64,000 nucleotides of DNA from Chloroflexota bacterium (GTDB lineage: Bacteria > Chloroflexota > UBA11872 > VXNJ01), in NCBI GenBank assembly GCA_965249595.1, contig OZ252242.1, forward strand, positions 1,168,569-1,232,568. Reading direction: 5' to 3'. Positions 9,494 to 19,159 of this stretch are shown piece by piece. The translations under genes and the position numbers were made by a program. The stretch's first letter is position 1; every line of letters starts with the position of its first letter. The notes under the pieces are model-generated. The model searched no databases and was not told the origin of the DNA. It worked only from the letters and a program-made list of their open reading frames with translations.

Positions 9494-10288
9494 ATGTCCA
9501 ACCACGCTACCCCGCGCATTTGGTTGCGTGAAGCAGTCGACAGCGTGCCGGTTATCGGATTTGGGACCTGGCTCTACAGCGGCGGCCACGGAGTCCTGCG
9601 CAGGGCCGCGGAACTCGACTGTGGGCTTGTCGACACCGCCGAGCTCTATGGCAATGAGGAGTTGGTTGGAGCGGAAATCGCCCCGATTCGTGACCAGGTA
9701 TTCCTGGCCACCAAGGTGTCGCCGGAGAATCTTGGCCTCGCCGACGTGATAAATCATTGTCTGGCTTCGCTGGAGCGATTGCAGACGGCGACCATCGACC
9801 TGTATCAAGTGCATTGGCCAAACCCGGCCATTCCCATAAACGAGACGATGCGCGGGATGCGCCACCTGGTTGAACAGGGGCTGGTGCGCTACGTTGGGGT
9901 GAGCAATTTCTCGGTTTCCCAAATGGAGGCCGCGCAGGCCGCATTGGGCGATATCCCGTTAGTTTCCAACCAAGTAAATTACAGCCTGCTCGATCGGGGC
10001 GCGGAGGCCGAGGTGCTTCCGTGGTGCAAGCATCGCGGTGTGGTACTGGTCGCCTATCGCCCGCTGGCGCGGTTTCAACTGGGTGAGGCCCGACCGGTAT
10101 TGGAGGCCGTAGCCAAAGAGTCGGGCCACAGCATCGCCCAGGTCCTGCTCAACTGGGCCATTGGCACTGGCGGCGTTGTGGTAATTCCCAAAACCGACCA
10201 AATTGAGCGGGTTGATGAATTGGCCGCTGCCGCTCAGTTTGAATTGACCGCAGATCAGCGGGCGCGGCTCGAAAAAAGCGTCAATTAA
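9494..10288 (+). CDS. Aldo/keto reductase
   Basis: IGFGTW...DTAELYGNEELVG...IDLYQVHWP...VRYVGVSNF is the AKR signature. Confidence 0.85.
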   Translation: MSNHATPRIWLREAVDSVPVIGFGTWLYSGGHGVLRRAAELDCGLVDTAELYGNEELVGAEIAPIRDQVFLATKVSPENLGLADVINHCLASLERLQTATIDLYQVHWPNPAIPINETMRGMRHLVEQGLVRYVGVSNFSVSQMEAAQAALGDIPLVSNQVNYSLLDRGAEAEVLPWCKHRGVVLVAYRPLARFQLGEARPVLEAVAKESGHSIAQVLLNWAIGTGGVVVIPKTDQIERVDELAAAAQFELTADQRARLEKSVN

Positions 10289-10305
10289 ACAAGGAATTGC
10301 CACGG

Positions 10306-10390
<85 letters not shown>

Positions 10391-10776
10391 CGAATCCGGG
10401 CGAGGCGATTTTCGCCTTTCACAATTTCTTTGCGAAATTTGATCAATCTTGGTCGGATGCCGGGCCGACCCAATCCTGTACGCTGGAAGTTGATTTCTCC
10501 CACCCCACGGCTCACGCCTAATAACCGCCCGGGCGCCCTCAGCTTGCAAAGCCAATCGGTTGGCGCGATCTCGACATCGACGTCGGGAGGCCGGATGCAA
10601 ATTGAACTTGTAAACATGCCGCCGCGGATCTGGATCGACTTTGCACCGGTCGGTGAGAATTCCTCGGTTGCCGAGCGATGCCGATGCCCGAGCGGCAACC
10701 GCGCGCGGCAGGGTAGGTCGCGACCTGGGCCTGCGGGCATCGCCGGTCGCATTGCCGACGCTGGGAGTTTGGCGAA

Positions 10777-11970
10777 TTGATTGGCCAACCTTCGGCCAGT
10801 CGGCTCCGCGACCGCCCATTTGTCATCTTCACGGTTTGCCAAATGTTCTCCATGGGCGGCTGGATACCGGTGCTGGCATTGTTGGCGGTCTACATGCGCG
10901 ACCACTTGGGCGCCGGCGTCTTGGCGGCCACGGCTACCATCACGATCATTCACGTGACATCGATCGGGATGAGCCTTTTTGCCGGTTCGATCGCCTCGCG
11001 TTGGGGTGGACGCCGAATCTATATGATCGCCGTCGCCGGCATGACGGTTTTTGCCGGTTTGCTGAGCCGGATTGGCGAGGGCTGGCAGGTCATTGCCCTG
11101 GCACCACTGGCCGGTGTGATGGTCGCTTTCTATTGGACCGCGATCAGCACCTACGTGCTGCAGGCGGTCGCTCCGCGACGGCGTGGCACCGGGATGGGCG
11201 TTAGCGCCTTCGTAATGGTCCTCGCGCCGGGAATTAGCGGACCGATCCTTACCGCTCTCGGCCATGAAGTCGGAATCTGGCTAACGATCGCCGGTGGGGC
11301 GGCCCTGCTGGCCATAGCGGTTTCGGCCTCGGTGTTGTTACTGCCCGAACTGCCCTCGCCCGACGCGCAACTTTTCCGTGCCCGTGGATTTGTGCTTTCC
11401 GACTATTTGCGCTTGCTCGCCAACCGCCATAACCTAGTAGCCGCCTTCGTCCGCATGGTCTCGGGCATTTCCTTTGGCATATTCCAACTGCTCTCGGCGT
11501 TGGTGCTGCTCGACCTTACCGGGCAGTTGTCGGCAGTGGGGCTTTTTCTGACCGCCGGAGCGGTGGGCGGAGGGGCTTCGCAGGTGCTGGTAGGCGCACT
11601 ATCCGATCGAATCGGGCGCCGCAATTTGCTCATCGTCGCCAAACTGTCCGGAATCGGGGCGGCCCTGCTTTTCTGGCGCGCTGAATTTCTGCCCCAGCTA
11701 CTGTTCGGTTCGGTCCTGCAGTCCTTTGCGTTCGCGGCATTTCAGACGTTGATTACGGCGGTATCCGGCGACCTGGTTGCACGCCGCGACATCCCGATCG
11801 TTTCAGGGCTGCAAACGAGCATGTTTTCAATGGGAATGGTCATCGGAGTTTTGTCCGGTGGACTGCTTTGGCAGGTAGATCACCGGCTTCCGTTCCTCTT
11901 CGCCGCACTGTGGTTCGTTCCGGCCATCATCTCTCTTTTCGTTCTGCCCGGCAAGACTCTCGACGTCTAA
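10777..11970 (+). CDS. MFS transporter
   Basis: A 12-TM hydrophobic profile with Gly-rich helices. The MFS-like motif GGRRIYM follows TM2. The start is uncertain and may be downstream of 10777. Confidence 0.75.
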   Translation: MIGQPSASRLRDRPFVIFTVCQMFSMGGWIPVLALLAVYMRDHLGAGVLAATATITIIHVTSIGMSLFAGSIASRWGGRRIYMIAVAGMTVFAGLLSRIGEGWQVIALAPLAGVMVAFYWTAISTYVLQAVAPRRRGTGMGVSAFVMVLAPGISGPILTALGHEVGIWLTIAGGAALLAIAVSASVLLLPELPSPDAQLFRARGFVLSDYLRLLANRHNLVAAFVRMVSGISFGIFQLLSALVLLDLTGQLSAVGLFLTAGAVGGGASQVLVGALSDRIGRRNLLIVAKLSGIGAALLFWRAEFLPQLLFGSVLQSFAFAAFQTLITAVSGDLVARRDIPIVSGLQTSMFSMGMVIGVLSGGLLWQVDHRLPFLFAALWFVPAIISLFVLPGKTLDV

Positions 11971-12202
11971 AGCCGCGGCCGTTTAAGTTCAGCCGCGGCG
12001 AGAGCGGGCCGATACTGACGACCGAATGCGCGGCGATGACCCAAAGGCCCGCATCGGTCGCCCCGCCCCGATCCGCGCAAGTTGCTTTTTTAAATTTCGT
12101 TGGCCGAAAATCGTATTCGGCAAGCAGGGTGTCCGGCGGGAGTCTGCGGGACTTTATTCCGGGCACATTCAGGGCCAAGGAGCGGGGTTGGGAAACGCGT
12201 CA

Positions 12203-12946
12203 ATGTTGCTGGCGGTCGATCAGGGCAATAGCTCGGTCGGATTGGCTGCCTTCGCCGGACGCAACCTGTGCGCCAACTGGCGAATTGCGACCAACGCCAA
12301 GCTAACTGACCAAGAAATGACGGGCAAACTTGCGGCGATCTGCCAATCGGGACCGTACCAGAGGATTCTTCTCGGTTCGGTGACGCCGTCCCGGCGAGGC
12401 CCGTTGATGGAGGCACTGTCGCACTTTTCGTCACAGGTTGTGCAATTACCCGCTGACGGTATCCCGGGAGCGATTCCACTGGTGCCCGATCCCTCGCGGG
12501 TAGGCATTGACAGGGTTTTGAATTGCTTGGCCTCGGCTGGCCTGCATGCCGCGCCGGCGATCGTGATCGATGTTGGAACGGCCGTCACGGTCGATGTGGC
12601 GAGTGAATCCGGTCAGTACCTCGGCGGTGTCATCGCGCCGGGTCCGACCAGCTTCCTAAAAGCCCTCTCCGGCTCCACCGAACTGTTGTCGACGGTGCAA
12701 TTTGCCCGTCCCGCCCAAGTGCTCGGCCGCAACACCAAAGAATCGATGCAAGCGGGAGCCTACTGGGGTTTGGTCGGATTGGTGCGGGGACTTATCGGCA
12801 GTGTGCGCTCCGAATCCGGACCCATCAACAAGGTAATCGCCACCGGCGGATATTGCCAACTGATCGCCGATGACGTGCCGGAGATCGATATCGCCGATCC
12901 GTTGCTGACGCTGCGCGGTATCGCCCTGGCGGGAGAGCGCATATGA
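12203..12946 (+). CDS. coaX: Type III pantothenate kinase
   Basis: MLLAVDQGNSSVGLA (compare MLLVIDxGNT in CoaX) and the C-terminal VIATGGY motif. The ATG at 12203 has an upstream ggagcgggg ribosome-binding site. The ORF-track start at 12026 is probably too long. The stop overlaps the coaBC start (ATGA). Confidence 0.85.
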   Translation: MLLAVDQGNSSVGLAAFAGRNLCANWRIATNAKLTDQEMTGKLAAICQSGPYQRILLGSVTPSRRGPLMEALSHFSSQVVQLPADGIPGAIPLVPDPSRVGIDRVLNCLASAGLHAAPAIVIDVGTAVTVDVASESGQYLGGVIAPGPTSFLKALSGSTELLSTVQFARPAQVLGRNTKESMQAGAYWGLVGLVRGLIGSVRSESGPINKVIATGGYCQLIADDVPEIDIADPLLTLRGIALAGERI

Positions 12947-14136
12947 GCCCGGTGCGCATTCTGGCCGGTCGGCGAATCCTGCTCGGGGTCTCCGGCTCGA
13001 TCGCCGCTTACAAGGCCGCCCTGACCGCCAGCCAACTTACGCGCTCCGGGGCACTGGTCGACGCTGTGCTAACCGGTGCCGCGCAACGGTTTGTCGGAAC
13101 GGCCACGTTCGAGGGACTCACCGGGCGCCGGGCCTATGGTCATGTCGGTGCAATGACTGAATCCGGCGAAATAGCCCACGTCGCAGTGGGCCTGGCCGCC
13201 GACGGCGCGCTGATCGCTCCAGCCACCGCCGAAACCATCGCCCAATTGGTCAGTGGCCGGGCCGACAACATCCTCACCGCGGCGATGCTGTCGGTACGCG
13301 GGCCGGTTCTGATCGCACCGGCCATGGAATCGGCCATGCTCGCTTCGCCTCCGGTGCAAGCCAACCTCGAGACCCTGCGCGCGCGCGGCGCCATGATCGT
13401 CGAGGCGCCATCCGGTCGGCTTGCCTCCGGCCATTTCGGACCCGGCCGGTTGGCCGAGCCACAGTTCCAGATCGACCAACTGCGGGCGGCGCTGGGCGCC
13501 GAAGGTCCCTTAAAAGACCGGCGCGTCGTAGTGACCGCCGGCGGAACTCGCGAATACATTGACGCGGTGCGTTTCATTTCAAACCCCTCCTCCGGCGCCC
13601 AGGGAGTAGCGCTGGCCGAGGCGGCGCGCGATCGCGGCGCTTTGGTGACCCTAATTGCGGCAAATCTGACGGTTCGCCCGCCCGCGGCGATTCAAGTGCG
13701 CTATGCCGACGATGCGGCGGCAATGGCCGCTGCGGTGGCTGAAAAGGGCGCCGTCGATGCGTTGATCATGTGCGCGGCGGTTGGCGATTTCCAACCGGTC
13801 CACCGCCGAACCGACAAGCTTTCGCGGTCCGATGGCTTGATGCTCGAACTTGAGCCAACGCAAGATATCGTAGCCGGTGCCCGCGGCCCGGCAGTCAAGA
13901 TTGGCTTTGCGTTGAACAATCGTGATTTGGCAGCCGATGCGCAGGCCAAATTGGCGGTCAAGGGTTTGCAAGCCATCGTCGCCAATGACCCCAGCGCCGC
14001 CGGGGCCGGCTTTGGCCCAGGGACCAACGCCGTGAGCATCTACACCGAGAAAGGACTCTGGGACCAAATTGGTCCGGTTCCGAAATCGGAGGTGGCCGAA
14101 CGCATCATCGATCTGCTCGAGGATCTGTTGAGTTGA
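12943..14136 (+). CDS. coaBC: Bifunctional phosphopantothenoylcysteine decarboxylase / phosphopantothenate-cysteine ligase
   Basis: N-terminal flavoprotein ILLGVSGSIAAYKA, and the CoaB motif VVVTAGGTREYIDAVRFISNPSSGAQG. Confidence 0.9.
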   Translation: MSPVRILAGRRILLGVSGSIAAYKAALTASQLTRSGALVDAVLTGAAQRFVGTATFEGLTGRRAYGHVGAMTESGEIAHVAVGLAADGALIAPATAETIAQLVSGRADNILTAAMLSVRGPVLIAPAMESAMLASPPVQANLETLRARGAMIVEAPSGRLASGHFGPGRLAEPQFQIDQLRAALGAEGPLKDRRVVVTAGGTREYIDAVRFISNPSSGAQGVALAEAARDRGALVTLIAANLTVRPPAAIQVRYADDAAAMAAAVAEKGAVDALIMCAAVGDFQPVHRRTDKLSRSDGLMLELEPTQDIVAGARGPAVKIGFALNNRDLAADAQAKLAVKGLQAIVANDPSAAGAGFGPGTNAVSIYTEKGLWDQIGPVPKSEVAERIIDLLEDLLS

Positions 14137-15803
14137 CCCTGTTTGGCGACCAACCGCAGTTGAGCCTGTCGGGGCGGGCTTGGGCCCCCTCGCACGGCAC
14201 GGCCGAAGCAGAACTCAAATCCGTTGAGGAACTGGCTCCGACCCTACTTGCCGCCCGCGGAATCGAATCCGGCAGTCAACCACCCGAAATCTTTGACCCC
14301 AAATCCAGTAACCCAATATCGATTTCGGGCTTGGAAGAAGCGGCCATGCAGGTAGCGGCCGCCCTCAAGCAGAGGTCGAAAGTTGGGATATATGCCGATT
14401 TTGACTGCGACGGAATCTGTGCGGCAGCCCTCCTGCAAATATTCCTGCGCGGCCTGGGCACCGAACCTTTCTTGTATTTTTCCGATCGGCTGCGCGACGG
14501 TTACGGCCTAAACGAAAGAGGTCTGAACGAGTGTTTTGATGCCGGCGTCAAATTGCTCCTGGCCCTCGACATCGGCGCCAACGCGCAATCGGAGATTGAT
14601 CATGCCAATGGCCTCGGTATCGCGGTTGTGGTGGTCGATCACCACGTCGCCGCAGAACCGCTGCGGGGGACGGCGGCGGCAGTGGATCCGCCCGCCGGGT
14701 CACCGGGCAGTGAACTTAGCGCCGGGGCCCTGGCCTACAAATTGGCCGAAGTGCTCAGCTGGAAACTTGGCCGGCAAATTCCAGTCGCCAGCAGCCTGAT
14801 CGATCTGGCGGCGATTTCCACGGTAGGCGACGCGATGGAGTTGACCGGGGAAAACCGTTGGTTTGTGAGTACTGGTTTAGAAGCCATGGCAAGGCAGCCC
14901 CGCCCGGGATTGGCCGCCCTCTTTGCCGCGGCCCGCATCCACCCTCCGCTGACCGCCCGTGATATTGCCTTCCGCATTGCTCCACTCATAAATAGCGCCG
15001 GCCGAATTGGTGATCCGCGGTTGGCCTGCCGCCTATTGGCCTGCCCCGGTGGGCTGGCGGCCCGCAATTTGGCCAAGGAACTGATTGCGCTGGGCAAACG
15101 ACGGCGTGAACTATCAGCCGAAGTTGAACGGGTGTTGGTTGAGAAGATCCCTCCAGCGGGGCCGGTCTTCTACTTCGACGAACGCTTTCACCCCGGCGTG
15201 GTATCGGCGGCGGCTACCCGGCAGAGTGCGCGCCGCCAGGCTCCGGTGTATATCTGCGCCAAGGCCGGCGAATTGGTGCGCGGATCTGGCCGGGCCCCAG
15301 ACGGCCTAGACGTCATGGCCCCATTACAGTCGCTCGATCCGCCCCCGCGACAGCTGGGTGGTCATCGTCAGGCCTGTGGCTTTACCATCGCTGCCGAACG
15401 TCTCGATGAGGTTGCCGCGGCGGTAACTTCGTATTGGGAAAACATGGCTGACGGTTGGCAGCCGCCCGCCCTCAAATACGACATGTGCCTGGCGACCGAT
15501 CTGCTCGGTACTCCGGCGTTGGATCTGTTCGACCGGTTTGAGCCCTTTGGCCGGGGATTTGAAGCGCCCAATCTTTTAATCCGCGGTGCATTGCTAGAGC
15601 GCGTATTTAGCGTCGGTCGCGGACAGCATCTAAAACTGGCGCTCGCCGATGCGAACGCCGTCGATGTAATTTGGTTCGGCGGCGGCCGCAAAGGGCGTTC
15701 GCTGCGCCGCGGTCAGCGGGTCGACATGATCGGCCAGTTGCGCCGCCCCCAGGTTGGCTATTCTGGTATTTCAGTGATAGTTGAAGATATGCGCCCGGCA
15801 TGA
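14133..15803 (+). CDS. recJ: Single-stranded-DNA-specific exonuclease RecJ (DHH family)
   Basis: GIYADFDCDGICAAA (DHH motif I), VVVVDHH (the DHH motif), and a DHHA1-type C-terminal region. TTG start. Confidence 0.85.
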   Translation: MTLFGDQPQLSLSGRAWAPSHGTAEAELKSVEELAPTLLAARGIESGSQPPEIFDPKSSNPISISGLEEAAMQVAAALKQRSKVGIYADFDCDGICAAALLQIFLRGLGTEPFLYFSDRLRDGYGLNERGLNECFDAGVKLLLALDIGANAQSEIDHANGLGIAVVVVDHHVAAEPLRGTAAAVDPPAGSPGSELSAGALAYKLAEVLSWKLGRQIPVASSLIDLAAISTVGDAMELTGENRWFVSTGLEAMARQPRPGLAALFAAARIHPPLTARDIAFRIAPLINSAGRIGDPRLACRLLACPGGLAARNLAKELIALGKRRRELSAEVERVLVEKIPPAGPVFYFDERFHPGVVSAAATRQSARRQAPVYICAKAGELVRGSGRAPDGLDVMAPLQSLDPPPRQLGGHRQACGFTIAAERLDEVAAAVTSYWENMADGWQPPALKYDMCLATDLLGTPALDLFDRFEPFGRGFEAPNLLIRGALLERVFSVGRGQHLKLALADANAVDVIWFGGGRKGRSLRRGQRVDMIGQLRRPQVGYSGISVIVEDMRPA

Positions 15804-17998
15804 GCATTAAGACCAGCGCACCGTCGACGGCCGGCGCCGTTCCGGCCGAATTGGCCCCCTTGCTGGTCGCCACCACCAACTACATGGGAGCCGAGGCTGC
15901 CGACCAGCTGTCGCTGATCGCCCGGGCCTACCAATTTGCGGCCCGTTGCCACGACGGCCAAATGCGGCTCTCCGGCGATCCGTACATCTCTCACCCTTTG
16001 GCGGTGTCGATGTTGCTGACCGAATTGCACATGGACGCTGACACGATTGCCGCCGGGCTACTCCACGACGTAATCGAAGACTGCGATATCACCACCGGCG
16101 AGATCCGAAAACGTTTCGGACCGCAGGTCGCCCTGTTGGTGGACGGCGTGACCAATTTGACCCGTTTGGATTTCGACCACATCGAGGGCGAACGGGCCTG
16201 GACCATGCGCAAGATGTTCTTGGCCATGGCCCGCGATATCCGGGTGGTAATTGTCAAGTTGGCCGATCGCCTGCACAACATCCGCACCGCCGAATCGCTC
16301 AGCCCCGAGCGACGCTCCCACGTATGTGAAGAAACCCTTGAAATCTATGCCCCGCTGGCCGGCCGGTTGGGGATGTGGACCTGGCGCTGGCAGCTGGAAG
16401 ACGAGTCTTTCCGACAGTTCGCCCCGGAAGAGTATTCGCGAATCGCCCGCATGTTGGAGATGCGCCGCGGTCAACGCGAGACGATGGTCGAGGACGTGGT
16501 TTCCGAGCTGGAAAAGCGGCTTATCAAGGCCGGTCTGCAGGCGACCCTGTCAGGGCGCGCCAAACACATTTATTCGATTTATCGCAAGATGCGCCGCAAA
16601 AGTGTCGAATTCGATGAAATCCACGACCTGATCGCGGTCCGGGTCGTTGTTCGCACCGTCGAAGATTGCTATCGTGCGCTGGCGACCGTACATTCCCGTT
16701 GGCGTGCAATCGGCGGCCAGTTCGATGATTACATTTCCGCTCCCAAAGCCAATCGCTACCAATCGTTGCACACAGCCGTGTTGGGGTCCCGCGGGCAGCG
16801 TTTTGAAGTCCAAATCCGGACCGAGCAAATGCACCGCGAAGCCGAATACGGGGTGGCCTCGCATTGGCGCTACAAAGAGGGGCGGGCCACCCAAGAGGGG
16901 TTCGACGAGAAGCTGGCCTGGATCCGTCAAGTTCTCGAATGGCAGGAGGACTTAGAAAGCGCCGAACCACTGCTCGATATCCTCAAGACCGACATCTTCG
17001 CCGACCAGTTATTTGTTTTCACGCCGCAGGGTGACGTAATAGATCTGCCGCGCGGTTCAACGCCGCTGGATTTCGCCTACCGCATCCACACCGAGGTGGG
17101 ACATAACTGCACTGGGGCCAAGGTAAATGGCCGTATCGTTCCCCTGCGGTACGAGCTCAACACCGGCGACACAGTTGAGATCAAGACCAGCAATACAAGT
17201 CGTGGACCAAGCCGCGACTGGTTAACGATCGTGGCCACGGGGGCCGCGCGGGAAAAGATTCGCCAGTGGTTTAAGCGCCAAACACGGGCTGAAAACGAAG
17301 CCCAGGGCCGTCTCCTGCTGGATCGTGAATTGCGCCGTATCGGCCATGGTCCGCTAACGACGCTCGAGCCCGAAGTGGTGATGAAAGCGGCCCGCCGACT
17401 CTCTTATAAGGATGTCCCCTCACTCCTGATTGGGGTTGGCTACGGTGCCGCCACGGCTACCCAAGTTGTCAACCGGATGGGGCTGGAGACAGCTGCTCCG
17501 GAATTGGTGGCTCCCGCCAGTGGTGCTCCCATATCCCGCAGCGACGGCGTACGGGTGGGCGATCTGGACTTTGCCCTGACCCGCCTGGCGGCCTGTTGCA
17601 ACCCTCTGCCCGGCGACGCCATCGTCGGCTACGTTACCCGCGGCCATGGGGTGAGCGTTCACCGCGTCGGTTGCGCCAACGTGATCAAATCGCTAGATTC
17701 TGAGCGAATTGTCGAAGTGACTTGGAAAAGCGGCAGCAGCAAGCCATTTCCTGCCTCTATCCTGATCGAAGCCGAAGACCGCGAAGGGCTCCTCCGCGAT
17801 GTTGCTTCGGTGGTGGCCGAAGAAGGGCACAACATTGAATCAGCCGACGTGATTACCTCCTCGCAGGGGGTGGCGACGGTCCGGGTGTCGGTCGCACTAA
17901 AGAGCATTGACCAACTTACGCAACTGCTCAATCGCCTGCATCTGATCCGCAATGTAAGCGAAGTTCGTCGTGAAACGGCAAGGCTGCCCAGCAAATGA
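15800..17998 (+). CDS. rel: Bifunctional (p)ppGpp synthetase/hydrolase Rel (RelA/SpoT family)
   Basis: HD hydrolase domain (HPLAVS...LLHDVIED), RelA/SpoT synthetase domain (RVKHIYSIYRKM, RVVV), TGS domain (FTPQGDVIDLPRGSTPLDFAY) and a C-terminal ACT domain. Confidence 0.9.
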   Translation: MSIKTSAPSTAGAVPAELAPLLVATTNYMGAEAADQLSLIARAYQFAARCHDGQMRLSGDPYISHPLAVSMLLTELHMDADTIAAGLLHDVIEDCDITTGEIRKRFGPQVALLVDGVTNLTRLDFDHIEGERAWTMRKMFLAMARDIRVVIVKLADRLHNIRTAESLSPERRSHVCEETLEIYAPLAGRLGMWTWRWQLEDESFRQFAPEEYSRIARMLEMRRGQRETMVEDVVSELEKRLIKAGLQATLSGRAKHIYSIYRKMRRKSVEFDEIHDLIAVRVVVRTVEDCYRALATVHSRWRAIGGQFDDYISAPKANRYQSLHTAVLGSRGQRFEVQIRTEQMHREAEYGVASHWRYKEGRATQEGFDEKLAWIRQVLEWQEDLESAEPLLDILKTDIFADQLFVFTPQGDVIDLPRGSTPLDFAYRIHTEVGHNCTGAKVNGRIVPLRYELNTGDTVEIKTSNTSRGPSRDWLTIVATGAAREKIRQWFKRQTRAENEAQGRLLLDRELRRIGHGPLTTLEPEVVMKAARRLSYKDVPSLLIGVGYGAATATQVVNRMGLETAAPELVAPASGAPISRSDGVRVGDLDFALTRLAACCNPLPGDAIVGYVTRGHGVSVHRVGCANVIKSLDSERIVEVTWKSGSSKPFPASILIEAEDREGLLRDVASVVAEEGHNIESADVITSSQGVATVRVSVALKSIDQLTQLLNRLHLIRNVSEVRRETARLPSK

Positions 17999-19116
17999 TC
18001 GATCCTGCTGTCGGAGAACAAAACGCCAAATTGATGGCGCTGCGCGCGGTAATGGACCAGCAAGGCTGGGACCATGTGCTCCTGCAATCTCCCGGCTCGT
18101 TCGCTTGGCTTACCGGCGGCGGCCGTTCCTACATCGTGGCGGGCGATCCGCGCGGTGTGGGCTGGCTCTTGATCTCGCCGGCGCGGACGATTCTGATAAC
18201 CGCCAATATCGAGCTGCCGCGCTTGACGCAGGAAGAATTGCGGGGCCTGCCGGTGGAAGTCGAATCGGTCGCTTGGCCGGAGATGTTTAGCGATCCGGTC
18301 CCGACGGTTGTGCGGTTAACCGGCGGTGGGACGCTAGCCAGCGATCTGCCATTCGCCGGTGCCGTCGACGCATCCGGCCAAATCATGCGACTGCGCTCGG
18401 CATTGCTGCCGGGCGACATTGCCCGCTATCGGGCCCTGGGCGCCGATACCGCCGCCGCGGCCGAGGCGGTGGCCGGTCAGGTCGTGCCTGGTCAATCCGA
18501 ATTTGCGGCGGCAGCCTTGTTCCAATCAAAACTCAACGCCGCCGGAATCGTGGCGCCGGTTCTTTTGGTCGCCTCCGATCAGCGCATTCGTTTACACCGT
18601 CACCCGCTGCCAGTTAATAAGCCGATCGATCGATACCTGATGGTCGTGGCCTGTGCCCTGCGCGACGGTCTATGGTGCTCGATCACCCGTCTGGTGCACT
18701 TTGGGCCGGTGCCGGCCGATCTGGCGGACCGAGCCCGCTCCTGTGCTGAAGTGGATGCCGCTTACATCGCCGCTTCGCGGCCGGGCAATTTGGTGACCGA
18801 TGCATTCGCTGCCGGCCAGGCGGCCTACGCCGAGCAAGGCTACGAAGGGGAGTGGCGAAATCATCACCAGGGTGGGCCGGCCGGATACGGTTCACGTGAA
18901 TTCTTCGCCGGCGGGACGACCGACATGAAAATAGCGATCGGGCATTCCTTCGCCTGGAATCCCTCCATTGCCGGCGTCAAGAGCGAGGACACCGTCATCG
19001 TTCTATCCGATAGCGCCGGGGACCCGTTTCCTGACGTTATTACCCACACCGGCAATTGGCCGTACTTGGCCGCCGGTCAACTCGAGATTCCGCGGCCGGC
19101 GATTCTGCAGCGTTAG
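17995..19116 (+). CDS. M24-family (creatinase/prolidase-fold) peptidase-like protein
   Basis: The C-terminal HHQGGPAGYGSRE...GHSFAWNPSIAGVKSEDTVIV resembles the M24 metal-binding blocks. The N-terminal creatinase-like domain is present. Several metal ligands are not evident. Confidence 0.55.
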   Translation: MIDPAVGEQNAKLMALRAVMDQQGWDHVLLQSPGSFAWLTGGGRSYIVAGDPRGVGWLLISPARTILITANIELPRLTQEELRGLPVEVESVAWPEMFSDPVPTVVRLTGGGTLASDLPFAGAVDASGQIMRLRSALLPGDIARYRALGADTAAAAEAVAGQVVPGQSEFAAAALFQSKLNAAGIVAPVLLVASDQRIRLHRHPLPVNKPIDRYLMVVACALRDGLWCSITRLVHFGPVPADLADRARSCAEVDAAYIAASRPGNLVTDAFAAGQAAYAEQGYEGEWRNHHQGGPAGYGSREFFAGGTTDMKIAIGHSFAWNPSIAGVKSEDTVIVLSDSAGDPFPDVITHTGNWPYLAAGQLEIPRPAILQR

Positions 19117-19159
19117 GGGCGTCGACCGGTGAGGCAATCCGGCTCTTCAAGGTGAAAAG

